From contig JAWLHW010000002.1 in assembly GCA_041690155.1 (NCBI GenBank), forward strand, positions 2,996 to 66,995: a stretch of 64,000 nucleotides of DNA. Reading direction: 5' to 3'. Both the position numbers and the translations under genes were made by a program. Numbering within the stretch: the stretch's first letter is position 1; the number at the start of each line of letters is the position of its first letter. Under the pieces are notes generated by a model. That model saw only the letters and a list, made by a program, of their open reading frames with translations, did not search any database and had not been told where the DNA came from. The stretch is from Desulfomicrobium sp. Its GTDB lineage: Bacteria; Desulfobacterota; Desulfovibrionia; Desulfovibrionales; Desulfomicrobiaceae. Positions 56,478 through 64,000 of the stretch are shown here, piece by piece.

Positions 56478-57197
56478 ATGGAAAAACTCCGATACGGCAG
56501 AGTCATGCTCAAGCTGAGCGGAGAGGCCCTGGCCGGAGAGCAGGGCTTCGGCATCGAACCCGAGACCATCCAGTCCATTTGTCGAGAGCTTGCCGAAGCG
56601 GCCTCCATGGGCGTTCAGCTCAGCATGGTCATCGGCGGCGGCAACATTTTTCGTGGAATTTCCGTCTCCTCCAAGGGCATGGACCGTGCCTCGGCCGACT
56701 ACATGGGCATGCTGGCCACGGTCATGAATGCCCTGGCGGTTCAGGACGCCCTGGAAAAACTGGGCATCACGACCCGCGTCATGACCGCCATCGACATGAA
56801 GGAAGTGGCCGAGCCCTACATCCGGCGCCGCGCCATCCGTCACCTCGAAAAAGGCCGCGTGGTCATCTGCGCGGCCGGAACGGGCATCCCCTATTTCACC
56901 ACGGACACAGCGGCAGCACTCCGGGCCATGGAGCTTAAATGCGAGGCCATCCTCAAGGGCACCAGGGTCAACGGCGTCTATGACAAGGATCCCGAAAAGC
57001 ATTCCGACGCAGTCATGTTCCACAGCCTGACCTATCTGGACGTGCTGCAGCGTCGCCTCAAAGTCATGGATTCCGCAGCGATATCCCTTTGCATGGACAA
57101 CAAACTCCCCATCGGGGTCTTCAACCTCTTTGTACCCGGCAACATCCAGCGGGTAGTCAGGGGCGAAGAAGTCGGAACAATCGTTCAAGGAGAATGA
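56478..57197 (+). CDS. pyrH: UMP kinase
   Basis: [28 protein letters not shown]. Confidence 0.97.
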   Translation: MEKLRYGRVMLKLSGEALAGEQGFGIEPETIQSICRELAEAASMGVQLSMVIGGGNIFRGISVSSKGMDRASADYMGMLATVMNALAVQDALEKLGITTRVMTAIDMKEVAEPYIRRRAIRHLEKGRVVICAAGTGIPYFTTDTAAALRAMELKCEAILKGTRVNGVYDKDPEKHSDAVMFHSLTYLDVLQRRLKVMDSAAISLCMDNKLPIGVFNLFVPGNIQRVVRGEEVGTIVQGE

Positions 57198-57198
57198 C

Positions 57199-57753
57199 AT
57201 GGAACAGCACACACAGGATTGCACAAGCAGGATGCAGAAAAGCATCGACAGTCTGGAAAAGGATTTCTCCAAGCTGCGCACCGGCCGCGCCTCTACGGCC
57301 CTGGTCGACAGCATCCGGGTTGATTACTACGGCACTCCGACCCCGCTTAATCAGGTCGCGTCCGTATCCATCCCGGACAGCCGCACCATTTCCATCTCCC
57401 CCTGGGACCGCAGCGCCTTCAACAGCATCGAAAAGGCCATCATGAAGTCGGACCTGGGGCTGACCCCCATCAACGACGGCCGGGCCATCCGCATCAACAT
57501 CCCGGTCCTGACCGAGGAACGCCGCAAAGATCTGGTCAAGATGGCCAAGAAATATACCGAAGAGGCCAAAGTCGCCATCCGCAACGTGCGCCGGGACGTC
57601 AATGATTCCCTGAAGAAGATGCACGCCGCCAAGGAAATCAGCGAAGACGATCTGCACAAGGCCCAGGATGAGGTCCAAAAGACCACGGACAACTTCGTGA
57701 AGAAGGCTGATGCTGTCCTGGTCGAGAAAGAAAAGGAAATCATGGAGATCTAG
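57199..57753 (+). CDS. frr: Ribosome recycling factor
   Basis: [25 protein letters not shown]. Confidence 0.97.
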   Translation: MEQHTQDCTSRMQKSIDSLEKDFSKLRTGRASTALVDSIRVDYYGTPTPLNQVASVSIPDSRTISISPWDRSAFNSIEKAIMKSDLGLTPINDGRAIRINIPVLTEERRKDLVKMAKKYTEEAKVAIRNVRRDVNDSLKKMHAAKEISEDDLHKAQDEVQKTTDNFVKKADAVLVEKEKEIMEI

Positions 57754-57762
57754 ATCCAGTCC

Positions 57763-58464
57763 ATGCCACCGCTTACTCATCTCGCCATCATCATGGACGG
57801 CAACGGCCGCTGGGCCCGCGCCAGGGGTCTTGACCGCAGCGACGGACACAAGGCCGGCACCGAAACCGCCCGCGAAATCGTCAAGGAATGCCGAAAACTC
57901 GGCATTCCCTACCTGACGCTCTATACCTTCTCCAAGGAGAACTGGTCGCGGCCCAAGCAGGAGGTCGGCTTCCTTTTTGGCCTGCTCAAGGACTTTCTGA
58001 GTCAGGAGCTTCCTTCCCTTCTTGAACAGTCCATCCGCCTGAACGTGCTCGGGGATCTGGACGAACTGCCCCTGCCCACCCGGCAGGTGCTGCGCCACGT
58101 CATGGAAAAGACCGCCGGTTGCTCGGCCATGAATCTGAACCTGGCCCTCAACTACTCGGGGCGGCTTGAGATTCTGCGCGCCTGCCAGGCCTTGCTGGAG
58201 AAGCAGATCAATCCTTCCGGGCTGACCGAAGAAATGTTCGCATCAGAACTTTACACCTCGGGCATGCCTGATCCGGATCTGATCCTGCGCACCAGCGGCG
58301 AGCTGCGGCTGAGCAATTATCTTCTGTTTCAGAGCGCCTACAGCGAACTCTACTTCACCGATGTCGCCTGGCCGGACTTCCATGCCCAGGAACTCCACGC
58401 CGCGCTTGCAGAATACTCCTCCCGTCAGCGTCGCTTCGGGGCCACGGGAGAGGAGTCCCCATGA
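57763..58464 (+). CDS. uppS: Undecaprenyl diphosphate synthase
   Basis: HLAIIMDGNGRWA, FSKENWSRP, RTSGELRLSNYL, RRFG. Confidence 0.96.
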   Translation: MPPLTHLAIIMDGNGRWARARGLDRSDGHKAGTETAREIVKECRKLGIPYLTLYTFSKENWSRPKQEVGFLFGLLKDFLSQELPSLLEQSIRLNVLGDLDELPLPTRQVLRHVMEKTAGCSAMNLNLALNYSGRLEILRACQALLEKQINPSGLTEEMFASELYTSGMPDPDLILRTSGELRLSNYLLFQSAYSELYFTDVAWPDFHAQELHAALAEYSSRQRRFGATGEESP

Positions 58465-59255
58465 AAAGCCCTCACTTCAAGCGCGTCCTGACCTCCCTGC
58501 TGCTGCTGCCCTTGCTGGCCTGGGCCATTTACAGCGGCGATCCGGTTTTGAGTGTCGGCATAACAGCCGTGGCGGGCCTTGGGCTCATGGAGTTCTATGC
58601 CATGTTCTGGCCGGGCCGGGACAAGCCCGTCTGGAAAGCCCTGGGCCTACTCTTCGCCCTGGGCATGGTCTGGGCGCCTTTGGCCTGGAGCGGCGCGGCT
58701 CTGGTCTGTGTGGCCTTGCTTGGCGTGGCCGTATCGTTCCTGATCGCCCATGACCGGGGAAAATCTCCCGACGCCTTTCAGGACAGTCAGGTACTTCTTT
58801 TCGGACTTCTGTACCTGCCCTTTATCCTGCGTCTGTTCCGGACCATCTCCGCCCCGGAGATCGGACTCGTGCTGCTGACCACCTTTGCCGCCGACACCGG
58901 CGCCTATTACGCGGGAAGCTTTATCGGCGGTCCCAAGATCTGGCCCTCGGTCAGCCCGAAAAAAACCTGGGCCGGGAGCCTCGGCGGACTTGGCGCCAGC
59001 GTCCTGGTCTGCGTCGCCATGGGCCTCGCGTTCGGCTCCGCGCACTGGACAAGCTTCGCCCTGCTCGGCGCGGGGCTGAACATTGCCGCGCAGATCGGCG
59101 ACTTTTTCGAGTCCGCCCTCAAACGCTGGCGCGGAGTAAAGGACTCCGGCAGGATTCTGCCCGGCCACGGCGGCATTCTGGACCGCATCGACAGTCTGCT
59201 CTTCACCCTCCCCCTGTATTGCGGACTGGCCGCCTTGTTCTCCTTTTTCGCCTGA
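58461..59255 (+). CDS. cdsA: Phosphatidate cytidylyltransferase
   Basis: SPKKTW, GDFFES.LKR..GVKDSG.ILPGHGGILDRIDS. Confidence 0.95.
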   Translation: MKSPHFKRVLTSLLLLPLLAWAIYSGDPVLSVGITAVAGLGLMEFYAMFWPGRDKPVWKALGLLFALGMVWAPLAWSGAALVCVALLGVAVSFLIAHDRGKSPDAFQDSQVLLFGLLYLPFILRLFRTISAPEIGLVLLTTFAADTGAYYAGSFIGGPKIWPSVSPKKTWAGSLGGLGASVLVCVAMGLAFGSAHWTSFALLGAGLNIAAQIGDFFESALKRWRGVKDSGRILPGHGGILDRIDSLLFTLPLYCGLAALFSFFA

Positions 59256-59263
59256 GGAAAACC

Positions 59264-60475
59264 ATGAAGTACATCTCGGGCCTCTTGTCTCCAGTTTTCG
59301 ACCGCCCCGGCCAGCGATCACTCGCCATCCTGGGCAGCACCGGATCCATCGGCACGAGCGCGCTCAAGGTCGTGGCCAAGAACAGGGACGACCTTGATGT
59401 CGTGGCTCTGGCCGGAGCCAGAAACATGGAGCTGCTGGCCAGACAGGCCGAAACGTTCCGCCCTGCGTATCTTGGGGTCCTGAGCGAAGACAAAGCCGAA
59501 GAGCTGCGCGCCCTTCTTCCCGGCGGGTACACCCCGCGCATCCTTGTCGGACAGGAGGGGTACACCGCCATGGCCACCCTGCCCGAGGCCGATCTCATCC
59601 TGGCGGCCCAGGTCGGCGCGGCCGGGCTGGTGCCGGCCCTGGCTGCGGCGCGGTCCGGCAAAGTCCTCTGCCTGGCCAACAAGGAGGCCCTCGTTCTGGC
59701 CGGAGACCTTTTTCGCCAGGCCTGCCAGGCCAGCGGTGCCGTCATTCTTCCCGTGGACTCTGAACACAACGCCCTGTTTCAAGCCTATGCAGGCCATGAG
59801 GGCAGACAGGCTTGCCGCCTGATCCTGACCGCGTCGGGCGGACCGTTTCGCACAAGAAGCCTGCAGGAAATCCAGGCCGTGACCCCGGCCCAGGCTCTGA
59901 AGCACCCCAACTGGTCCATGGGCGCAAAAATTTCCATCGACTCCGCGACCATGATGAACAAGGGACTTGAGATCATCGAAGCCGTGCATCTGTACGGCGC
60001 GTCCCTGGACGAGGTGGATGTGGTGGTTCATCCCCAATCCATCGTTCATTCCCTGGTCGAATACGAAGATGGCTCGCAGCTGGCCCACCTGGGCATGCCG
60101 GACATGGAGATCCCCATCGGCTACTGCCTCGGCTATCCCAAGCGGCTCCACATCGGCCTTGAGCGCCTTGATCTCGCCCGGGTCGGCACCCTGACTTTCG
60201 AGGCCCCCGATCTGCTGCGCTTCCCCTGCCTGAACCTTGCGCGTGAGGCGCTGTCGACCGGCCCAAGCTATCCGGTCGTGCTCAATGCCGCCAACGAAAT
60301 CGCAGTCCAGGCATTTCTGGACGGACGCATAACCTTTCCTGGAATTGCCCGGCTTATCGAGCATATGCTGACCAAACACTCCTTGACCTCCATGCATGAT
60401 CTGGAGGACATTTTGGACCTCGATACGCAAACACGAACTCGGTCCGAAGAGGCCATAGGAAAGTACGAATGGTAA
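59264..60475 (+). CDS. dxr: 1-deoxy-D-xylulose-5-phosphate reductoisomerase
   Basis: LGSTGSIG, LANKE, PVDSEH, HPNWSMG, NKGLE.IEA. Confidence 0.97.
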   Translation: MKYISGLLSPVFDRPGQRSLAILGSTGSIGTSALKVVAKNRDDLDVVALAGARNMELLARQAETFRPAYLGVLSEDKAEELRALLPGGYTPRILVGQEGYTAMATLPEADLILAAQVGAAGLVPALAAARSGKVLCLANKEALVLAGDLFRQACQASGAVILPVDSEHNALFQAYAGHEGRQACRLILTASGGPFRTRSLQEIQAVTPAQALKHPNWSMGAKISIDSATMMNKGLEIIEAVHLYGASLDEVDVVVHPQSIVHSLVEYEDGSQLAHLGMPDMEIPIGYCLGYPKRLHIGLERLDLARVGTLTFEAPDLLRFPCLNLAREALSTGPSYPVVLNAANEIAVQAFLDGRITFPGIARLIEHMLTKHSLTSMHDLEDILDLDTQTRTRSEEAIGKYEW

Positions 60476-61536
60476 CCAGTATTCTGGCGGTGGTTGTGGT
60501 CCTGGGCGGACTGATCTTCTTTCATGAATTGGGGCACTTCGTTGTTGCACGCAGCATGGGCATGGGCGTGAGTGTCTTTTCTCTGGGGTTCGGGACGCGT
60601 CTTTTTGGCTTCACCCGGGGCAAGACCGACTATCGGGTCTGCGCGTTTCCCCTGGGCGGATATGTGCAGCTCGTCGGCGAATCCGAGGATGCGGAGCTTC
60701 CCGAAGGCTTTGGCCCGGAGGAATCCTTTTCGCGCCGCCCGCCCTGGCAGCGCATGCTGGTCGTACTTGCCGGCCCCGTCTTCAACTTTATCCTGGCCTG
60801 GTTCATTTTCTGGGGTCTGGCCTACAGTCAGGGCGTACAGGAGCTCCTTCCCGTCATCGGGCAGGTCACCAACGCGAGCGCTGCCGAAGAAGCCGGAATC
60901 ATGCCCGGAGACCAGATCATCGAAATCGATGGAGTTGAGATCGCACTCTGGGAAGACCTGGTCGAGCGCATCGAGGCCAATGAGGGCGGTCCGATGCTCC
61001 TGACCGTGCAGCGAGAGGAGACGCTCTTTTCCGTGAACGTCACTCCGAAGCTGCAGGAAAAGACCAACCTGTTCGGCGAAGTGAAAACCATGCCCATGCT
61101 CGGCATCGCACCCAAGGGCGAGCTCTTGAGCCGCGAACTTGGCCTGGTTGACGCGGCAATTCAGGGCGCGCGGCAGATCTGGGAAGTCAGCGGCCTGATG
61201 ATCATGGGCATCGTCAAGCTCATCGAGCGGGTCATCCCCATGTCGGACATGGGCGGGGTCATTCTCATCACCGAGATGATCCACAAGGAAGCGCAAAACG
61301 GCCTGGTCAACCTGCTGGCCCTGACCGCGCTGATCAGCATCAATCTGGGGATCCTGAACCTGCTGCCCATCCCGGTTCTGGACGGCGGACACATCCTCTT
61401 CTTCTTTCTGGAAACCATCACCGGAAAACCCCTGAGCCCGCAAGTGCAGAACGTTGCCCTGAAGATCGGCATGATGCTGCTCCTCATGCTCATGATCCTG
61501 GCCACATTCAATGATATCGTCCGACACTTCAAGTAG
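60469..61536 (+). CDS. rseP: RIP metalloprotease RseP
   Basis: HELGH, PLGGYV, PDZ domain, NLLPIPVLDGG. Confidence 0.95.
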   Translation: MVTSILAVVVVLGGLIFFHELGHFVVARSMGMGVSVFSLGFGTRLFGFTRGKTDYRVCAFPLGGYVQLVGESEDAELPEGFGPEESFSRRPPWQRMLVVLAGPVFNFILAWFIFWGLAYSQGVQELLPVIGQVTNASAAEEAGIMPGDQIIEIDGVEIALWEDLVERIEANEGGPMLLTVQREETLFSVNVTPKLQEKTNLFGEVKTMPMLGIAPKGELLSRELGLVDAAIQGARQIWEVSGLMIMGIVKLIERVIPMSDMGGVILITEMIHKEAQNGLVNLLALTALISINLGILNLLPIPVLDGGHILFFFLETITGKPLSPQVQNVALKIGMMLLLMLMILATFNDIVRHFK

Positions 61537-62257
61537 CCGCTATCTCGCGCTGAACTGCGCCGAGGAACGCATTCAGGTTGTCCTCGGCACAGCCCGGGAG
61601 GTACTGTTCAGCGAGGAGATTTACTGCCCCGGGCAGTCCATCCGCCACCTGCCCACGGCTATCGAGCGTGCGCTGCAGGTGCAGGCCATGAGTGTCGCCG
61701 AGCTGGCAGGCATCGCCTGTGTGCGCGGGCCGGGATCGTTCACGGGCCTGCGCATCGCCCACGCAGCCGCGCACGGGCTGGCCCGTCCGCACGGCATCCC
61801 CATGGCCGGGCTGCACTATCTGCAACTGCTGGCTACTCAGGCCGAACCGTTCGTGCACGGCACTGAACTCTGGGTCCTGACCTATGCCCGCAAGGGCCAG
61901 GTCTACATTCAGGGTTTTGACGCAGGCACGCCTTTGAACTCTGTCCGTCCGCTACCTGTCCCCAAGGCGCACGAACTGCTTCAGTCGCGCCCGGCGGACA
62001 TCTTCCTGCTTGGCAGCGGCCTGCGCAAAAATCCGGAGCTGCCTGCCTTGCCAGGGATTACGGCCCTGCCGCAAATTTTGGATACGCCCCTGCCGGCATC
62101 TTTGCTGGCAGCAGCATGCAAGGCCGAATACTCCAGCCACACACCCCAGCCGCTCTATCTGCGTAAATCCGACGCCGAGGACAATCTGGACTCCATCGCC
62201 AGCTCGCGCGGCATTCCGGTCACCGAGGCCCGCAAGCACATCCCCGATTTCGAATGA
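61511..62257 (+). CDS. tsaB: tRNA t6A biosynthesis protein TsaB
   Basis: GPGSFTGLRI, ARKGQVY, PLYLRKSDAE. Confidence 0.92.
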   Translation: MISSDTSSSRYLALNCAEERIQVVLGTAREVLFSEEIYCPGQSIRHLPTAIERALQVQAMSVAELAGIACVRGPGSFTGLRIAHAAAHGLARPHGIPMAGLHYLQLLATQAEPFVHGTELWVLTYARKGQVYIQGFDAGTPLNSVRPLPVPKAHELLQSRPADIFLLGSGLRKNPELPALPGITALPQILDTPLPASLLAAACKAEYSSHTPQPLYLRKSDAEDNLDSIASSRGIPVTEARKHIPDFE

Positions 62258-62292
62258 TTCCGTCTGACATTCTTTGTTGGACAAAATTCTTC

Positions 62293-62319
62293 TAAAGAAA
62301 ATCCTCTTCCTGCCGATTC
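62293..62319 (+). promoter_or_regulatory. Sigma-28 (FliA) promoter of flagellin
   Basis: TAAA-N15-GCCGATTC, 84 nt upstream of the flagellin ATG. Confidence 0.8.
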
Positions 62320-62403
62320 ACTCATCAAGACCAAAGAGCAAGGCCCGTGAGCAGCTCGATTCAAAGGCAAGGAAGCCGCTAATCTTTCAAGGAGGAATTT
62401 TTT

Positions 62404-63357
62404 ATGTCACTTATTATCAACCACAACCTGATGGCCATGAACGCGAACCGCAACTTGGCGTCCGCGTACGGCAACCTCTCGACATCAGTCAGTCGCCTGT
62501 CTTCGGGCCTGCGTATCACCACCGCGGCCGATGACGCTGCGGGACTGGCCATTCGCGAGCTCATGCGCGCGGATATCGCATCCCTGAACCAGGGTGTCAG
62601 AAACGCCAACGACGCCATCTCCATGATCCAGACCGCCGACGGCGCTCTTGGCGTCATCGATGAAAAGCTGATCCGTATGAAGGAACTGGCCACCCAGGCG
62701 GCCACCGGTACCTACAACTCGGACCAGCGCCTGATCATCGACTCAGAGTACCAGCAGATGGCCTCGGAAATCACCCGAATCGCCAACGCCACGGACTTCA
62801 ACGGAATTTACCTGCTCAACGGCAACCTCTCCGCTACTTCGGCGAACAAGGCCGTTGCGGACTGGAACAAGGATTTTGACGGCGACAAGCTGGCAGCATC
62901 CGGTCCCTTGAAGGTCCACTTCGGCACGGGCAACGACTCTGCTGAGGACTACTACTACATCGCCATCGGCAACGCCACGGCCTCCGCTCTTGGCGTCGGC
63001 AACTCCTCCGACGCGTCCAAGGCCAACGCGACCGGCGTCGAAAAGTCCGGCGGCTTCAGCATCTCCACCCAGCAGGGTGCACAGGAAGCCCTGGCAGCCC
63101 TCAACGCGGCCATCACCTCCAAGGATAACATCCGCGCCAACCTCGGTGCCTTGCAGAACCGGCTGGAAAACACCATCACCAACCTGCAGATCCAGGCCGA
63201 GAACCTGCAGGCTGCCGAGTCCCAGATCTCCGATGCCGACATCGCCACGGAAATGACCAACTTCGTACGCAACCAGATCCTGACCCAGTCTGCCGTGGCC
63301 ATGCTCTCCCAGGCCAACACCCTGCCGCAGATGGCATTGCAGCTCATGCAGGGATAG
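62404..63357 (+). CDS. fliC: Flagellin
   Basis: RLSSGLRI..AADDAAGLAI, RNANDAIS.IQTADGAL, RANLGALQNRLE, AMLSQAN. Confidence 0.97.
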   Translation: MSLIINHNLMAMNANRNLASAYGNLSTSVSRLSSGLRITTAADDAAGLAIRELMRADIASLNQGVRNANDAISMIQTADGALGVIDEKLIRMKELATQAATGTYNSDQRLIIDSEYQQMASEITRIANATDFNGIYLLNGNLSATSANKAVADWNKDFDGDKLAASGPLKVHFGTGNDSAEDYYYIAIGNATASALGVGNSSDASKANATGVEKSGGFSISTQQGAQEALAALNAAITSKDNIRANLGALQNRLENTITNLQIQAENLQAAESQISDADIATEMTNFVRNQILTQSAVAMLSQANTLPQMALQLMQG

Positions 63358-63383
63358 TAAGCACTCCTTGAAACCTCTTTCCC

Positions 63384-63414
63384 GGCCGGGTCGCGGAAGC
63401 GGCCCGGCCTTTTT
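63384..63414 (+). terminator. Intrinsic terminator after flagellin
   Basis: GGCCGGGTCGC-GGAA-GCGGCCCGGCC-TTTTT. Confidence 0.85.
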
Positions 63415-63433
63415 AACTTGATGATTTTAATTC

Positions 63434-63449
63434 TGGCACCAGGTTTGCT
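63434..63449 (+). promoter_or_regulatory. Sigma-54 -24/-12 promoter of fliD
   Basis: TGGCAC-CAGGT-TTGCT matches the consensus spacing exactly and lies 46 nt upstream of the ATG. Confidence 0.8.
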
Positions 63450-63495
63450 CGAAGCGTGAGTAGATTCGCCCAATCCAACGCACCAGAGGAATGAC

Positions 63496-64000
63496 ATGGC
63501 TGATGACCTGACCAGTTCACTTGTTTCCGGATCAATCCGTTTTACGGGCATCGGCTCCGGGACGGACTTCGACTCCATGATCACCAAACTCATCGAGATC
63601 GAACAAGTCAGGACCAAACGGCTCGAGAGCTGGCGGTCTGACTGGGAAGCCAAGAGCGACGCCTTTGACTCGCTCTCTTCGAACATGCTCTCCCTCAAGA
63701 CGTCCCTGGACTCCATGAACACCACGGACGAATTTCTGATCAAGAACGCGATCTCTTCAAACACCACCGCCGTGACCGCAACGGCAGGCAGCAGAGCGGA
63801 AGAAAGTACCCACCAGGTGGATGTGCTTTCCCTGGCGACCAACGACATGCACATGGGGTCGGTAATTTTTTCCTCCCCGGACGAAGTCATAAGTGGTGGC
63901 GAAGCGGGAGCATTTGTCTTTACGGCCGGTTCCCGGCAGGTCACCGTCAACGTCACCAGCACCACAACCCTGACCCAGTTCGCCAGCCTCATCAATTCCG
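63496..64000 (+). CDS. fliD: Flagellar filament cap protein FliD (runs off the window)
   Basis: MADDLTSSLVSGSIRFTGIGSGTDFDSMITKLIEIE is a typical FliD N-terminus. It lies downstream of flagellin and stays open to the window end. Confidence 0.9.
   Translation, partial: MADDLTSSLVSGSIRFTGIGSGTDFDSMITKLIEIEQVRTKRLESWRSDWEAKSDAFDSLSSNMLSLKTSLDSMNTTDEFLIKNAISSNTTAVTATAGSRAEESTHQVDVLSLATNDMHMGSVIFSSPDEVISGGEAGAFVFTAGSRQVTVNVTSTTTLTQFASLINS

Noticed and set aside
1-64000. CRISPR arrays, IS elements, prophage or defence islands
   Set aside because: No regularly spaced repeats and no transposase, integrase or phage genes were seen. Nearly all space is filled by identifiable housekeeping genes.

Overview
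A gene-dense, high-GC core-chromosome segment with about 64 CDS and one tRNA-Val(CAC). Gene content and order suggest a sulfate-reducing Desulfovibrionales bacterium, probably Desulfomicrobium-like (inference). Order: phsA/psrA-like Mo enzyme with a partial 4Fe-4S partner; NlpC/P60 lipoprotein; YitT; acyl-CoA synthetase; arfB; HesB-like; a dut-argD-prmA-HhH glycosylase-envC-ctpA-yibQ-GAF/GGDEF*/PilZ run; glgP-tlyA-trmH-aroC-elyC-rhomboid; rfbB-rfbD-hrcA-grpE; trmL-cbiB; ndk-proC; GAF-gap; dnaK; lpoA-like-gatCA-mnmA-mtaB-yicC-remA-gmk-pyrF; TPR; PilZ-LuxR; ParB-like plus SPL-like radical SAM; EF-G2; rnj; rpsB-tsf-pyrH-frr-uppS-cdsA-dxr-rseP-tsaB; flagellin; partial fliD. I found no CRISPR array, integrase, transposase or prophage. 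Best leads: (1) an unexplained ~183-nt intergenic element (48156-48338) that can fold as a long rod or a four-way junction; (2) the adjacent, translationally coupled ParB-like and non-canonical spore-photoproduct-lyase-like pair; (3) two proteins that each appear to carry two c-di-GMP-sensing modules. All calls come from motif recognition by eye. Many starts were moved downstream of the ORF-track start using RBS or stop/start overlap evidence.
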